A stretch of DNA of 64,000 nucleotides from Frankiales bacterium. GTDB taxonomy: Bacteria > Actinomycetota > Actinomycetes > S36-B12 > CAIYMF01. The position numbers and the translations under genes were made by a program. The DNA is taken from NCBI GenBank assembly GCA_016125335.1, contig WGLY01000006.1:1-64000 (forward strand). The letters run 5' to 3'. The stretch's first letter is position 1; the number at the start of each line of letters is the position of its first letter. Below the pieces are notes generated by a model, which was not told where the DNA came from, did not search any database, and worked only from the letters and a program-made list of their open reading frames with translations. Positions 21,666 through 30,233 of the stretch are shown here, piece by piece.

Positions 21666-21825
21666 GTCCCCCGCCTCCTCGATCAGGATGGGGAACCTAG
21701 CCACACCCCGGAGCGCCCCGCGCGGCATTCCGGGAGCCGGACACCGGTCGTCCCACGAGCCGGACAGCTCCGGAAGCAGCGCCCGGAATCCCGTGCGGCG
21801 CAGCAGGATCCGGCGGGCGTCCTCC

Positions 21826-23781
21826 TCAGGCTCGAGCTGCCTCGGCGCCGAGCCAGGCCGCGGCGTAGGGCGGCAGCACGAGCTGGCCGTCCTCGGTGCT
21901 CGGCACCTCTCCGCCGAGGTGGTCGACGAGCGCGCGGTGGCGCAGCGTGCCGAGCACGCCGGCGTCGCAGCGCTGCCAGTCCTCGGAGACGTTGTAGAGC
22001 TGCACGAGGTCGCCGGCCGCGTGCCGCCGGACGACGGCGAGCACCGCGGGGTTGGACGTGTGCACCGGCACGGACTCCACCGCGGCGTGCAGCGCGGGCA
22101 GTGCCGCGCGCACCTGGGCGAGGTGGCGCAGGACGCCGAACATCCGCCCGGCCACGGTGGTCACGTCCTCGCGGTCGCGCGCGACCGCCCACGGCATCCG
22201 CGGCCGGTGCATCCAGCGGTTGTCGTCCGCGTGCTCCGGCTCGTCGAGGTACGCCTCGTCGTTGAGCAGGCCGAGCTCGTCGCCCATGTACAGCAACGGG
22301 ATCCCGCCGAAGCCGTAGACGAGGGCGTAGGCGCAGCGCAGCCGCAGCACCGCGCGTTCGAGCATCGGGACGTCGCCCTCGGCCAGGGCCTGTTCGACGC
22401 CGGCCAGGCTCGCGGCCGTGCCGCTCGTGCGCGCGTCGCCGGTGGCCTCGTTCACCTGGAACGCCGCGCCCCGCGCGAACGAGCCCGGGAAGTCGCCGAG
22501 GTACCAGCGGGACAGGAACCGCCTGTGCGAGAAGCCGTCCCAGCCGACCTCGCGCGCGTCGGCGTCGTCGATCGCCCACCCGATGTCGTCGTGGCAGCGC
22601 AGGTACGTGGCCCACGCGGTGGTGGTGGGCTTGGGCGGGAACTTCTCCAGCGCGGTGACCAGCAGCCGGGCGTCGCGCGTGGCCAGCGCCGACCAGATCT
22701 GCACCATGAGGCTGTTGTGGTAGGCGAGGTCCGAGACGTGGCCGGCGTACTCGCCGACGCCGAGGTAGTGCACGAGCTGCGCCGGGCCCACGATCGCCTC
22801 GGCCTTGAACACCAGCGCGGGCGCGGCGATCCGCGCCACCGCGCGCAGCGCGCGGGTGAGGCCGTGCACCTCCGGCTGGTTCTGGCAGTCGGTGCCCATG
22901 CGCTTCCACACGAACGCGATCGCGTCGAGCCGCAGGCAGTCGACGCCGCGGTTGGCGAGGAACAGGGCGAGGTCGGCGAACTCGCACACGACGTCGGGGT
23001 TCGCCCAGTTGAGGTCCCACTGGTAGTCGTTGAACGTCGTCCAGACCCAGCCGTCGAGCTCGGCGTCCCACGTGAAGTTGCCGGGGGCGAAGTCCGGGAA
23101 CACCTCGGGCAGCGTGCGCTCGTAGCGGTCCGGCGTCTCGCGGTCGGGGAACACGAGGAAGTAGTCGCGGTAGCGCTGCTCGCCGGCGCGGGCGGCGACG
23201 GCCCACGGGTGCTCGCGGGCGACGTGGTTGAGCACCAGGTCGATGGTGAGCGCGATGCCGTGCTCGTGCAGCGTCGCGGCCAGCGACTCGAGGTCGGCCA
23301 TGGTGCCGAGGTCGTCGCGCACCTCGCGGTAGTCGGCCACGGCGTAGCCGCCGTCGTTGGCGCCCGCGCGCGGGCGCAGCAGCGGCATGAGGTGCAGGTA
23401 GGTGGTGCCCAGCTCGCGCAGGTAGTCGACGTGCTCGGCGACCCCGGCCAGCGTGCCGGCGAAGCGGTCGGCGTAGGCCACGTAGCCCACCGCGTCGGGC
23501 TGCTGGAACCAGTCGGGGCGCAGCAGGCGCTCGCGATCGCGCGCGCGCAGCCGCTCGGGCCGGGCGCGCCAGCCCTCCACCGCGATCGCGGCCAGGCGGG
23601 CGAGCAGGTCGTCGGCGACGTCGGGGGTGAACACGGCACGCACCCCGGCCTCGAGGTCCGGCCCCCAGCGACGCGCCCGGGCCAGCAGGTCCTCGGCCGC
23701 GGGTCCGGGCGCGCGGCCGAGCGCCGCCCGCACGAGGTCCTCCACCCCGGGCCGTCCTGTAAGCGCTGTCACGGGCGCCAT
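21826..23781 (-). CDS. GH13 alpha-amylase-family enzyme, amylosucrase-like
   Basis: GH13 regions: YLHLMPL, GVDCLRLDAIAFVWK (catalytic Asp), FKAEAIV (Glu), YLRCHDDIGW (Asp). ~650 aa, no signal peptide. Confidence 0.75.
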   Translation of the reverse strand: MAPVTALTGRPGVEDLVRAALGRAPGPAAEDLLARARRWGPDLEAGVRAVFTPDVADDLLARLAAIAVEGWRARPERLRARDRERLLRPDWFQQPDAVGYVAYADRFAGTLAGVAEHVDYLRELGTTYLHLMPLLRPRAGANDGGYAVADYREVRDDLGTMADLESLAATLHEHGIALTIDLVLNHVAREHPWAVAARAGEQRYRDYFLVFPDRETPDRYERTLPEVFPDFAPGNFTWDAELDGWVWTTFNDYQWDLNWANPDVVCEFADLALFLANRGVDCLRLDAIAFVWKRMGTDCQNQPEVHGLTRALRAVARIAAPALVFKAEAIVGPAQLVHYLGVGEYAGHVSDLAYHNSLMVQIWSALATRDARLLVTALEKFPPKPTTTAWATYLRCHDDIGWAIDDADAREVGWDGFSHRRFLSRWYLGDFPGSFARGAAFQVNEATGDARTSGTAASLAGVEQALAEGDVPMLERAVLRLRCAYALVYGFGGIPLLYMGDELGLLNDEAYLDEPEHADDNRWMHRPRMPWAVARDREDVTTVAGRMFGVLRHLAQVRAALPALHAAVESVPVHTSNPAVLAVVRRHAAGDLVQLYNVSEDWQRCDAGVLGTLRHRALVDHLGGEVPSTEDGQLVLPPYAAAWLGAEAARA

Positions 23782-23887
23782 TGTGGGCCATCCGGTCCCC
23801 GCGGGGCAGGGGGCCGGCCCTCCGGGCGCAACGCCCGCGAAACCCGGACCGCCTGCGCCGGAAACACCCGTGGGCCAGACTGCCCGC

Positions 23888-25492
23888 ATGCGAGCGCAGG
23901 CCGAGCCGGGCAGCCGGCCGGCGTACGACGAGATGCTCGACGGCGAGGGCCGTCCGCGGCCCGGCCTGCGGACCGTCGTCGAGGTGCTCGAGTCGCTCGG
24001 CCCCGAGGGGCTCGCGGAGCGGGCCCGCCTGCGCGACGCCTACCTCGACCGCCAGGGCATCACGTTCTCCCTCTCCGGCCGCGAGCGGCCGCTGCCGCTC
24101 GACCTCGTGCCCCGCGTCGTCGGCGCGGAGGAGTGGGACCGGGTTGACGCCGGGATCCGCCAGCGCATCAAGGCGCTCGAGCTGTTCCTCACCGACGTCT
24201 ACGGCCCGGGCGAGGTGCTGCGCGACGGCATCGTGCCGCGCCGGCTGGTCACGTCGTCGAGCCACTACCACCGCGCCGCGTTCGGCCTGGTGCCGCCCAA
24301 CGGCGTGCGCATCGCGGTCGCCGGGATCGACCTCATCCGCGACGAGCAGGGCGAGTTCCGCGTGCTCGAGGACAACCTGCGCAGCCCGAGCGGCGTCTCG
24401 TACGTGCTGGAGAACCGCAGGACCCTGGCGCACGTGCTGCCCGAGGTGTTCGCCGGCCAGCAGGTGCGGTCCGTCGCGGAGTACCCCGAGCGGCTCCTGG
24501 ACGCGCTGCGGGCGGCCGCGCCGTCGGACGTGTCGGACCCCACGGTCGCGGTGCTCACCCCCGGAGTGCACAACTCCGCCCACTTCGAGCACGCGTTCCT
24601 CGCCCGCAGCATGGGCGCCGAGCTGGTCGAGGGACGCGACCTCTTCTGCCGCGACGACCGGCTCTGGATGCGCACGGTGCGCGGCGCCCGGCCGATCCAC
24701 GTCGTCTACCGGCGCATCGACGACGAGTACCTCGACCCGGTGCACTTCCACCCCGAGTCGCTGCTCGGCGTGCCGGGGCTGCTCAACGCGGCGCGGGCGG
24801 GCAACGTGGCCATCGCCAACGCCGTGGGCAACGGCGTCGCCGACGACAAGGCCGTCTACACCTACGTGCCGGACATGATCGAGTACTACCTCGGCGAGCG
24901 GCCGCTGCTGCCCAACGTGGAGACCTACGACCTCGGCGACCCGGACCAGCGCAGCTTCGTCCTCGAGCGCCTGGACCGGATGGTGGTCAAGCCCGTCGAC
25001 GGCTCCGGCGGCTACGGGCTCACCATCGGCACGACGGCCACCGACGCGCAGCTCGCCGTCGTCGCCGACAACATCCGGGCGGACCCGCGCGACTGGATCG
25101 CGCAGCCGATCGTCACGCTGTCCACCTGCCCCACCGTGATCGGCGAGCACTCGCTCGAGTCGCGCCACGTCGACCTGCGGCCGTTCGCGGTCAACGACGG
25201 CGACGACGTCTACGTGCTGCCGGGCGGGCTCACCCGCGTCGCGCTGCCCGAGGGCAGCCTCGTCGTCAACTCCTCGCAGGGCGGCGGGTCGAAGGACACC
25301 TGGGTGCTCGACGAGGGCGACCGCGGCGCCGGAGCCGAGGGGCGTCCCGGGCTCCCGCGGGTGACCCGGGTGCGCCGCAGCGCGGTGGCGCGGCAGTCGG
25401 CACCGGCCACGGCCGACGACCGGCTGCGCCAGCAGGAGGGTCAGCAGCAGCAGTCCGGTCCCGACCCGGCCCGGGGAGGCCCGTCGTGCTGA
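23888..25492 (+). CDS. Circularly permuted ATP-grasp protein (COG2308, DUF404/DUF407 type)
   Basis: 534 aa. Conserved family blocks (GIDLIRDEQGEFRVLEDNLRSPSG, VVKPVDGSGGYG). First gene of the cpATP-grasp / alpha-E / transglutaminase triad. Confidence 0.85.
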   Translation: MRAQAEPGSRPAYDEMLDGEGRPRPGLRTVVEVLESLGPEGLAERARLRDAYLDRQGITFSLSGRERPLPLDLVPRVVGAEEWDRVDAGIRQRIKALELFLTDVYGPGEVLRDGIVPRRLVTSSSHYHRAAFGLVPPNGVRIAVAGIDLIRDEQGEFRVLEDNLRSPSGVSYVLENRRTLAHVLPEVFAGQQVRSVAEYPERLLDALRAAAPSDVSDPTVAVLTPGVHNSAHFEHAFLARSMGAELVEGRDLFCRDDRLWMRTVRGARPIHVVYRRIDDEYLDPVHFHPESLLGVPGLLNAARAGNVAIANAVGNGVADDKAVYTYVPDMIEYYLGERPLLPNVETYDLGDPDQRSFVLERLDRMVVKPVDGSGGYGLTIGTTATDAQLAVVADNIRADPRDWIAQPIVTLSTCPTVIGEHSLESRHVDLRPFAVNDGDDVYVLPGGLTRVALPEGSLVVNSSQGGGSKDTWVLDEGDRGAGAEGRPGLPRVTRVRRSAVARQSAPATADDRLRQQEGQQQQSGPDPARGGPSC

Positions 25493-26394
25493 GCCGGCTC
25501 GCGGAGGCGTTCTACTGGATCGGCCGCTACCTCGAGCGGGCCGAGGCGACCGCGCGGCTGCTCGCGGAGCACTACCACCTCACGGTCGAGGACCGGTCCG
25601 TGCCCGAGGACGTCGCCGCCGCCGTGGTGCTCGACGCGCTCTCGCTGCCGCACGACGTCATCTCCTCCCCCACCGAGCTCGTGCGCGCGCTGCTCGGCGA
25701 CGTCGCCAACCCGTCCACGGTGATCGGGGCGGTGGGCGCGGCGCGCGAGAACGCCCGGTCGGTGCGCGATGCGCTGCCCGGCGACGTGTTCGAGGCGCTC
25801 AACGGCGCGCACCTCACGCTCACCCGCGGCCTCACGGCGGCGGCCAGCCCCGGCGCCTCGATGTTCCGGGTGCTCGAGCGGCTGATGATCGTCAACGGCG
25901 CGATCGAGTGGACCATGACCCGCGACGAGGGCCACTACTTCCTCTCGCTCGGGCGGGCGCTCGAGCGCGTCGACATGACCGCGCGGCTGCTCGACGTCCG
26001 GCACGACCTCGTGTGGCCGGACACCGGCCCGGTGGCCACCCTGCGCTCGGCCGCCGCGCTCTCGGCGTTCCTGCGCACCGGCGAGACCCTCACCGGCGAC
26101 ACGGTGCGCGAGTTCCTCGTGCTCGACCCCACGTTCCCGCGCACCCTGCTGCACAGCGCCCGCGCCGCCGAGGAGGCGGTGCGCGGCCTCCAGGTGCAGG
26201 GCGGGGTCGACGACGCCGCGCTCGTGCGCGAGGTCGGCCTCATGCGTGCGCGGCTCGAGTTCGCCGGCGGCACGCACGACCCGTCGGTCATCGACCAGCT
26301 CTGCCACGACACGCAGGTGTCCGGCGTCGCGACCGCCGCGGCGGTGGCCGACTCCTACTTCCGGCAGGCCGGCACCATCGTGTGGAGCCACTGA
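25486..26394 (+). CDS. Alpha-E domain protein (DUF403)
   Basis: N-terminal MLSRLAEAFYWIGRYLERAE signature. GTG start overlaps the upstream stop by 7 nt. GGGGAGG RBS. Confidence 0.85.
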   Translation: MLSRLAEAFYWIGRYLERAEATARLLAEHYHLTVEDRSVPEDVAAAVVLDALSLPHDVISSPTELVRALLGDVANPSTVIGAVGAARENARSVRDALPGDVFEALNGAHLTLTRGLTAAASPGASMFRVLERLMIVNGAIEWTMTRDEGHYFLSLGRALERVDMTARLLDVRHDLVWPDTGPVATLRSAAALSAFLRTGETLTGDTVREFLVLDPTFPRTLLHSARAAEEAVRGLQVQGGVDDAALVREVGLMRARLEFAGGTHDPSVIDQLCHDTQVSGVATAAAVADSYFRQAGTIVWSH

Positions 26395-27248
26395 TGGACG
26401 GACGTCGCCTGCGCATCACGCACCGCACCGGCTACCGCTACTCCGCGCCGGTGGCGGCGTCGTTCAACGAGGTGCGGATGACCCCGCGCGACGCCGACGG
26501 CCAGATGCTGCTGTCGCACCAGCTCCAGGTCTCGCCGCGCGCGTCGGTGCAGGCCTACGTCGACTACTGGGGCGCGCTGGTGCAGTCCTTCGACGTCCAC
26601 GAGGAGCACGACGTGCTCGAGATCGTGGCGACGTCGCTGGTCGACGTCCCCCACGGCCACCCGAGCGCACCGGGCGTGGGCTGGCGCGAGATCACCGCGC
26701 CGTCGGTGCTCGACCGCTGGGGCGAGTTCCTGGTGCCGACCCCGCTCGTCGACGACGCGCTCAAGGACGAGTCGCGGGCGCGCGTCGTGGAGCAGCTGCG
26801 CGACCTCCCCACGCCGGCGCTGGCGATCCGCGGGGCGATCGAGGCCACGCGCGAACGGATCCGCTACGACGACTCCGCCACGGGCGTCACCACCACTGCC
26901 GGGCAGGCGTGGGAGATCGGGGGCGGCGTCTGCCAGGACTACTCCCACACGCTGCTGTCGCTGCTGCGGGCGCTGGGCATCCCGGCCCGCTACGTCAGCG
27001 GCTACCTGCACGACGAGGAGGAGGCGCCCGGGCGCACCGTCGTCGGGGAGAGCCACGCCTGGATCGAGTCGTGGAACGGCGGCTGGGAGGCCTTCGACCC
27101 CACCAACGACCGCAGCGTGGGCTCGGCGCACGTCGTGGTGGCGCGCGGCCGCGACTACTCCGACGTGCCGCCGCTCAAGGGCATCTACGCGGGCGGTGCG
27201 AGCGAGTCCCTCGGCGTCACCGTCGAGATCACGCAGCTCGCCGTCTGA
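26394..27248 (+). CDS. Transglutaminase-family protein (N-terminal Bact_transglu_N plus transglutaminase core)
   Basis: Cys-His-Asp core (GGVCQDYSHTLLSLLRALGIPARYVSGY ... HAWIESWNGGWEAFDPTN). Start TGATG overlaps the alpha-E stop. Confidence 0.88.
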   Translation: MDGRRLRITHRTGYRYSAPVAASFNEVRMTPRDADGQMLLSHQLQVSPRASVQAYVDYWGALVQSFDVHEEHDVLEIVATSLVDVPHGHPSAPGVGWREITAPSVLDRWGEFLVPTPLVDDALKDESRARVVEQLRDLPTPALAIRGAIEATRERIRYDDSATGVTTTAGQAWEIGGGVCQDYSHTLLSLLRALGIPARYVSGYLHDEEEAPGRTVVGESHAWIESWNGGWEAFDPTNDRSVGSAHVVVARGRDYSDVPPLKGIYAGGASESLGVTVEITQLAV

Positions 27249-27283
27249 GGCCGGCCGCCGTCGCGGGGTGGGAGGCTGACGCC

Positions 27284-27865
27284 GTGCGCAGCCTCGACTG
27301 GTCGCAGGGACGCTGGTCCACCCCGCCGGAGCGGGCCGTCCCCGACGGCGACGACCTCCTCGTCACGTGCCGGGCCGGCAGCGACCTGTGGCGCACCACG
27401 GCGTACGGCTTCGTCCACGACGACGGGCACGGCCTGCTGGCCGACCTGCCCGACGGCTCGGCGGTGGAGGTGTCGTTCCGCGCGGAGCTCTCCGAGCAGT
27501 TCGACCAGGCCGGGCTGCTGGTGCGCGCCGACGCGGAGCACTGGGTCAAGGCCGGGGTGGAGCTGTCCGACGGCGTGCCGCTGCTCGGCGCCGTGGTGAC
27601 CCGCGGCGTCTCGGACTGGTCGACCGCGCCGGTGCCGCAGTGGCGGGGCCTCGAGGTCACGGTGCGGGCCAGCCGCTCGGGCGACGCGCTCACCGTGCGG
27701 GCCCGGGCAGGCGACGAGCCGTGGCGGCTGGTGCGGGTCGCGCCGATCGACCCGGCGCTGCCCTGGCAGGCCGGGCCGGCCGCCTGCGCACCCACGCGCG
27801 CCGGGCTCGTCGTGCGGTTCACGGGGTGGCGCACCGGGGCCGCCGACGCCGCGCTGCACGGCTGA
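27284..27865 (+). CDS. DUF1349-like beta-sandwich protein
   Basis: 193 aa. GTG with GGGAGG RBS 36 nt after the transglutaminase gene. WxxxP / DxW-rich beta-sandwich composition. Family assignment by resemblance only. Confidence 0.55.
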   Translation: MRSLDWSQGRWSTPPERAVPDGDDLLVTCRAGSDLWRTTAYGFVHDDGHGLLADLPDGSAVEVSFRAELSEQFDQAGLLVRADAEHWVKAGVELSDGVPLLGAVVTRGVSDWSTAPVPQWRGLEVTVRASRSGDALTVRARAGDEPWRLVRVAPIDPALPWQAGPAACAPTRAGLVVRFTGWRTGAADAALHG

Positions 27866-27923
27866 GCGCGGCCGTGCCGGGTGGAGGGCACCCGGCCGGG
27901 GGCCGTCACGGGTACGGGGCCGG

Positions 27924-27952
27924 GGCTGTCCGCCCCCGTCGCGCGGACAGCC
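27924..27952 (+). terminator. GC-rich hairpin downstream of the DUF1349 gene
   Basis: GGCTGTCCGC-(9 nt)-GCGGACAGCC perfect 10-bp stem. No U-tract, which is common in high-GC actinobacteria. Confidence 0.4.
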
Positions 27953-28046
27953 TCGACCCCGTCGTCAGAGTCCCGATGACTCGCGGTCAGCATGCCACGG
28001 CCGGGCCGCCCCGTGCCACCGGTCGGGCGGCGCGTCGTCGGGCAGG

Positions 28047-29450
28047 TCAGGCGGAGGCGGCGCTGGTGGTCCGCTCGGGCCGCGGCGACGGCGCGGCGCC
28101 GGCCGGGGCCGCGGCCGGGAGCGCGGCCGGGTCGGTGCGCAGCCCGGCCGAGTCCAGCGCCCGCTGGGCGGCATCCCAGGCCCGCTCGAGGTCGCCGAGG
28201 CTGCGCAGCACGTCGGCGATCGAGCGCCACACGGCGGCCGCGTTGCGCGGCGAGCCGGCGCCCTCGAGCAGTCCGGCCGCCTCCTCGAGGCTGGCCAGTC
28301 CGAGCGCGCGGTCGCCGACGGCCACGTAGGCCGCGCCGAGCACCGCGAGGGCCCGGGCGCGCTCGATCGGGTGCTCGTCCGTGACGGCCGCGGCGGCGCT
28401 GGCGGCGTGCGCCACGGCCGAGCCCGGGTCGCCGAGGAGCATCGCGCAGCGGGCCAGCTCGGTCTCGGCGCTGGAGAGCGTCACGGTGCCGGCGTACTGG
28501 CGCAGGTGCGGGAGGGCGTCGAGCACGAGCGCCTGCGCCTCCTCGGCCCGCGCGGGCTGCTGGGCCAGCAGGATCCAGGCGCGCGTGACCTGGAGCCGCG
28601 CGGCGGCCCGCAGGTCGTCGCCGACCGCCACGAGGGTGGCCGCCTGCTCGCACAGCTCGAGGGCGGCCACAGGGTCGCCCCGCTCGGCGGCCGTGATGGC
28701 CGCGTTCCAGCAGGCCGCGGCCTGCTCGTCGAGCGTGCCGTTGCGCGCCGTGCTCTCCACGAGCTCGTCGAGCAGCAGCTGCGCCCGCAGCAGGTCGCCG
28801 CGCTCGACGTACGCGCTGGCCAGCGTGGAGACGAGCTGGGCGTGGCCGGAGAGCTGCGCCGAGGCGAGCCCGTGGCAGCGCGCCAGCGTCGTCTCGCCGA
28901 CGTCGACGGCGCGGGCGAGGTCGCCGCCGTCGCGGTAGCAGCGCACCAGGGCCACGGCGACGTGCAGCCCGGGCAGCCGCCCGCGGGCGGCGTCCGCGGC
29001 CGTGCGCATGTCCTCGAGCACCTCGGTGGCCTCGGTGAGCCGGCCCACGCGCTCGAGCCCGGTGGCCAGCGCCAGCCCGGCGCGGAAGACGAGCGGGTCG
29101 CGCTGGGCGCGCGCCGCGGTGATCCCGTCGCGCAGGGGCTCGAGCTGGGCGACGGCGTCCTGCGGGCTGCCGAGGCCCAGGGCGGCCTCGGCCAGCGCGA
29201 GCGGGCCCTCGAGCTCGACGACGATCTCGCCGGTGAGCACCTCGCTGGTGACCCCGAGGCGCGCGGCGAGCAGGGCCACGACCTCGGCCGTGGGCACGCG
29301 GCGCCCCGACTCGAGCAGGCTGATGTAGCTGGGGTGCAGGTCCGACCCGGCCAGCGCGGTCTGCGACAGGCCGGCATCCTCGCGCAGCCGGCGCAGGCGC
29401 GCCGGGAACGACGGCAGGGTCGAGGACGGGTCCTCGGACGGTCGCGACAT
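28047..29450 (-). CDS. XRE-family HTH regulator with large TPR-like C-terminal domain
   Basis: HTH_XRE (LRRLREDAGLSQTALAG...ISLLESGRR), then ~400 aa of Ala/Leu-rich repeats. Confidence 0.8.
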   Translation of the reverse strand: MSRPSEDPSSTLPSFPARLRRLREDAGLSQTALAGSDLHPSYISLLESGRRVPTAEVVALLAARLGVTSEVLTGEIVVELEGPLALAEAALGLGSPQDAVAQLEPLRDGITAARAQRDPLVFRAGLALATGLERVGRLTEATEVLEDMRTAADAARGRLPGLHVAVALVRCYRDGGDLARAVDVGETTLARCHGLASAQLSGHAQLVSTLASAYVERGDLLRAQLLLDELVESTARNGTLDEQAAACWNAAITAAERGDPVAALELCEQAATLVAVGDDLRAAARLQVTRAWILLAQQPARAEEAQALVLDALPHLRQYAGTVTLSSAETELARCAMLLGDPGSAVAHAASAAAAVTDEHPIERARALAVLGAAYVAVGDRALGLASLEEAAGLLEGAGSPRNAAAVWRSIADVLRSLGDLERAWDAAQRALDSAGLRTDPAALPAAAPAGAAPSPRPERTTSAASA

Positions 29451-29664
29451 TCCGGGCCTCCCTCGTCGCACGCACGGTGCACCGCTCGGACACCGGAAGT
29501 GAACCACGATCGCGCGCGGGTGGCGCGCAGCGCTGCGCCGCCCGGGGCCGGCCCGTCGCGCCGTCCGGGCGCGAAGGGGGCGTCACCGCTGCCAGGATGA
29601 CGCCGACCGGACCACCGCGGGCCGGCGGACTCGCCCGCGCGAGCGCGGGACGGAAGGGCACGTC

Positions 29665-30063
29665 ATGCGTCTGCTTGCCGAACTGGGCTCGGGGGAGATC
29701 CTCTGGGACATCCTCTGGCTCTTCATGTTCATCATCTGGTTCTGGCTGCTCATCGTGGTGTTCACGGACATCTTCCGCAGCAAGGACCTCGGCGGCGTCG
29801 CCAAGACGCTGTGGATCATCTTCGTCATCGTGCTGCCCTACCTCGGGGTGTTCGTGTACCTCATCGCGCGCGGCAACTCGATGGCCGAGCGCAACGTGGC
29901 GGCGATGACCAACGCCCAGCAGGCCCAGGAGGCCTACATCCGCTCGGTGGCCGGCTCCGGCCCGAGCGCCTCGGAGGAGATCGCCCGCCTCGCCGACCTG
30001 CGCGACAAGGGAGTCATCTCGGAGGAGGAGTTCCAGACCGCCAAGGCGAAGGCCATCGGATAG
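29665..30063 (+). CDS. PLDc_N (PLD-nuclease N-terminal) membrane domain fused to a SHOCT domain
   Basis: Two TM helices with W-rich motif (ILWDILWLFMFIIWFWLLIVVFTDIF). C-terminal SHOCT (LADLRDKGVISEEEFQTAKAKAIG). GGAAGGG RBS. Confidence 0.75.
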   Translation: MRLLAELGSGEILWDILWLFMFIIWFWLLIVVFTDIFRSKDLGGVAKTLWIIFVIVLPYLGVFVYLIARGNSMAERNVAAMTNAQQAQEAYIRSVAGSGPSASEEIARLADLRDKGVISEEEFQTAKAKAIG

Positions 30064-30081
30064 CCCGTACGGCCGCTGATC

Positions 30082-30117
30082 ACGACGCCCCGTGCCCGTC
30101 CGGGCACGGGGCGTCGT
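30082..30117 (+). terminator. Perfect 17-bp-stem hairpin after the PLDc_N-SHOCT gene
   Basis: ACGACGCCCCGTGCCCG tc CGGGCACGGGGCGTCGT. Confidence 0.6.
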
Positions 30118-30233
30118 CATGCCGTCCGTGAACCGGGTGATCGGCCGTCGTGCTGATGTGTCAGGGCGGAATCCGTGGTGGAGTTCGTCCTGCACGGCGC
30201 CCCGACCGGTGGCCCGGCGGAAGGAGAGAGCAC

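Noticed and set aside
21683-25168. 1161-aa minus-strand ORF
   Set aside because: Runs antisense through the amylosucrase-adjacent region and the cpATP-grasp gene. Arg/Gly/Pro-dominated. The real genes were identified on the other frames.
27229-30195. 988-aa minus-strand ORF
   Set aside because: Overlaps the DUF1349, XRE-TPR and PLDc_N-SHOCT genes in wrong frames. Low-complexity R/G/P translation.
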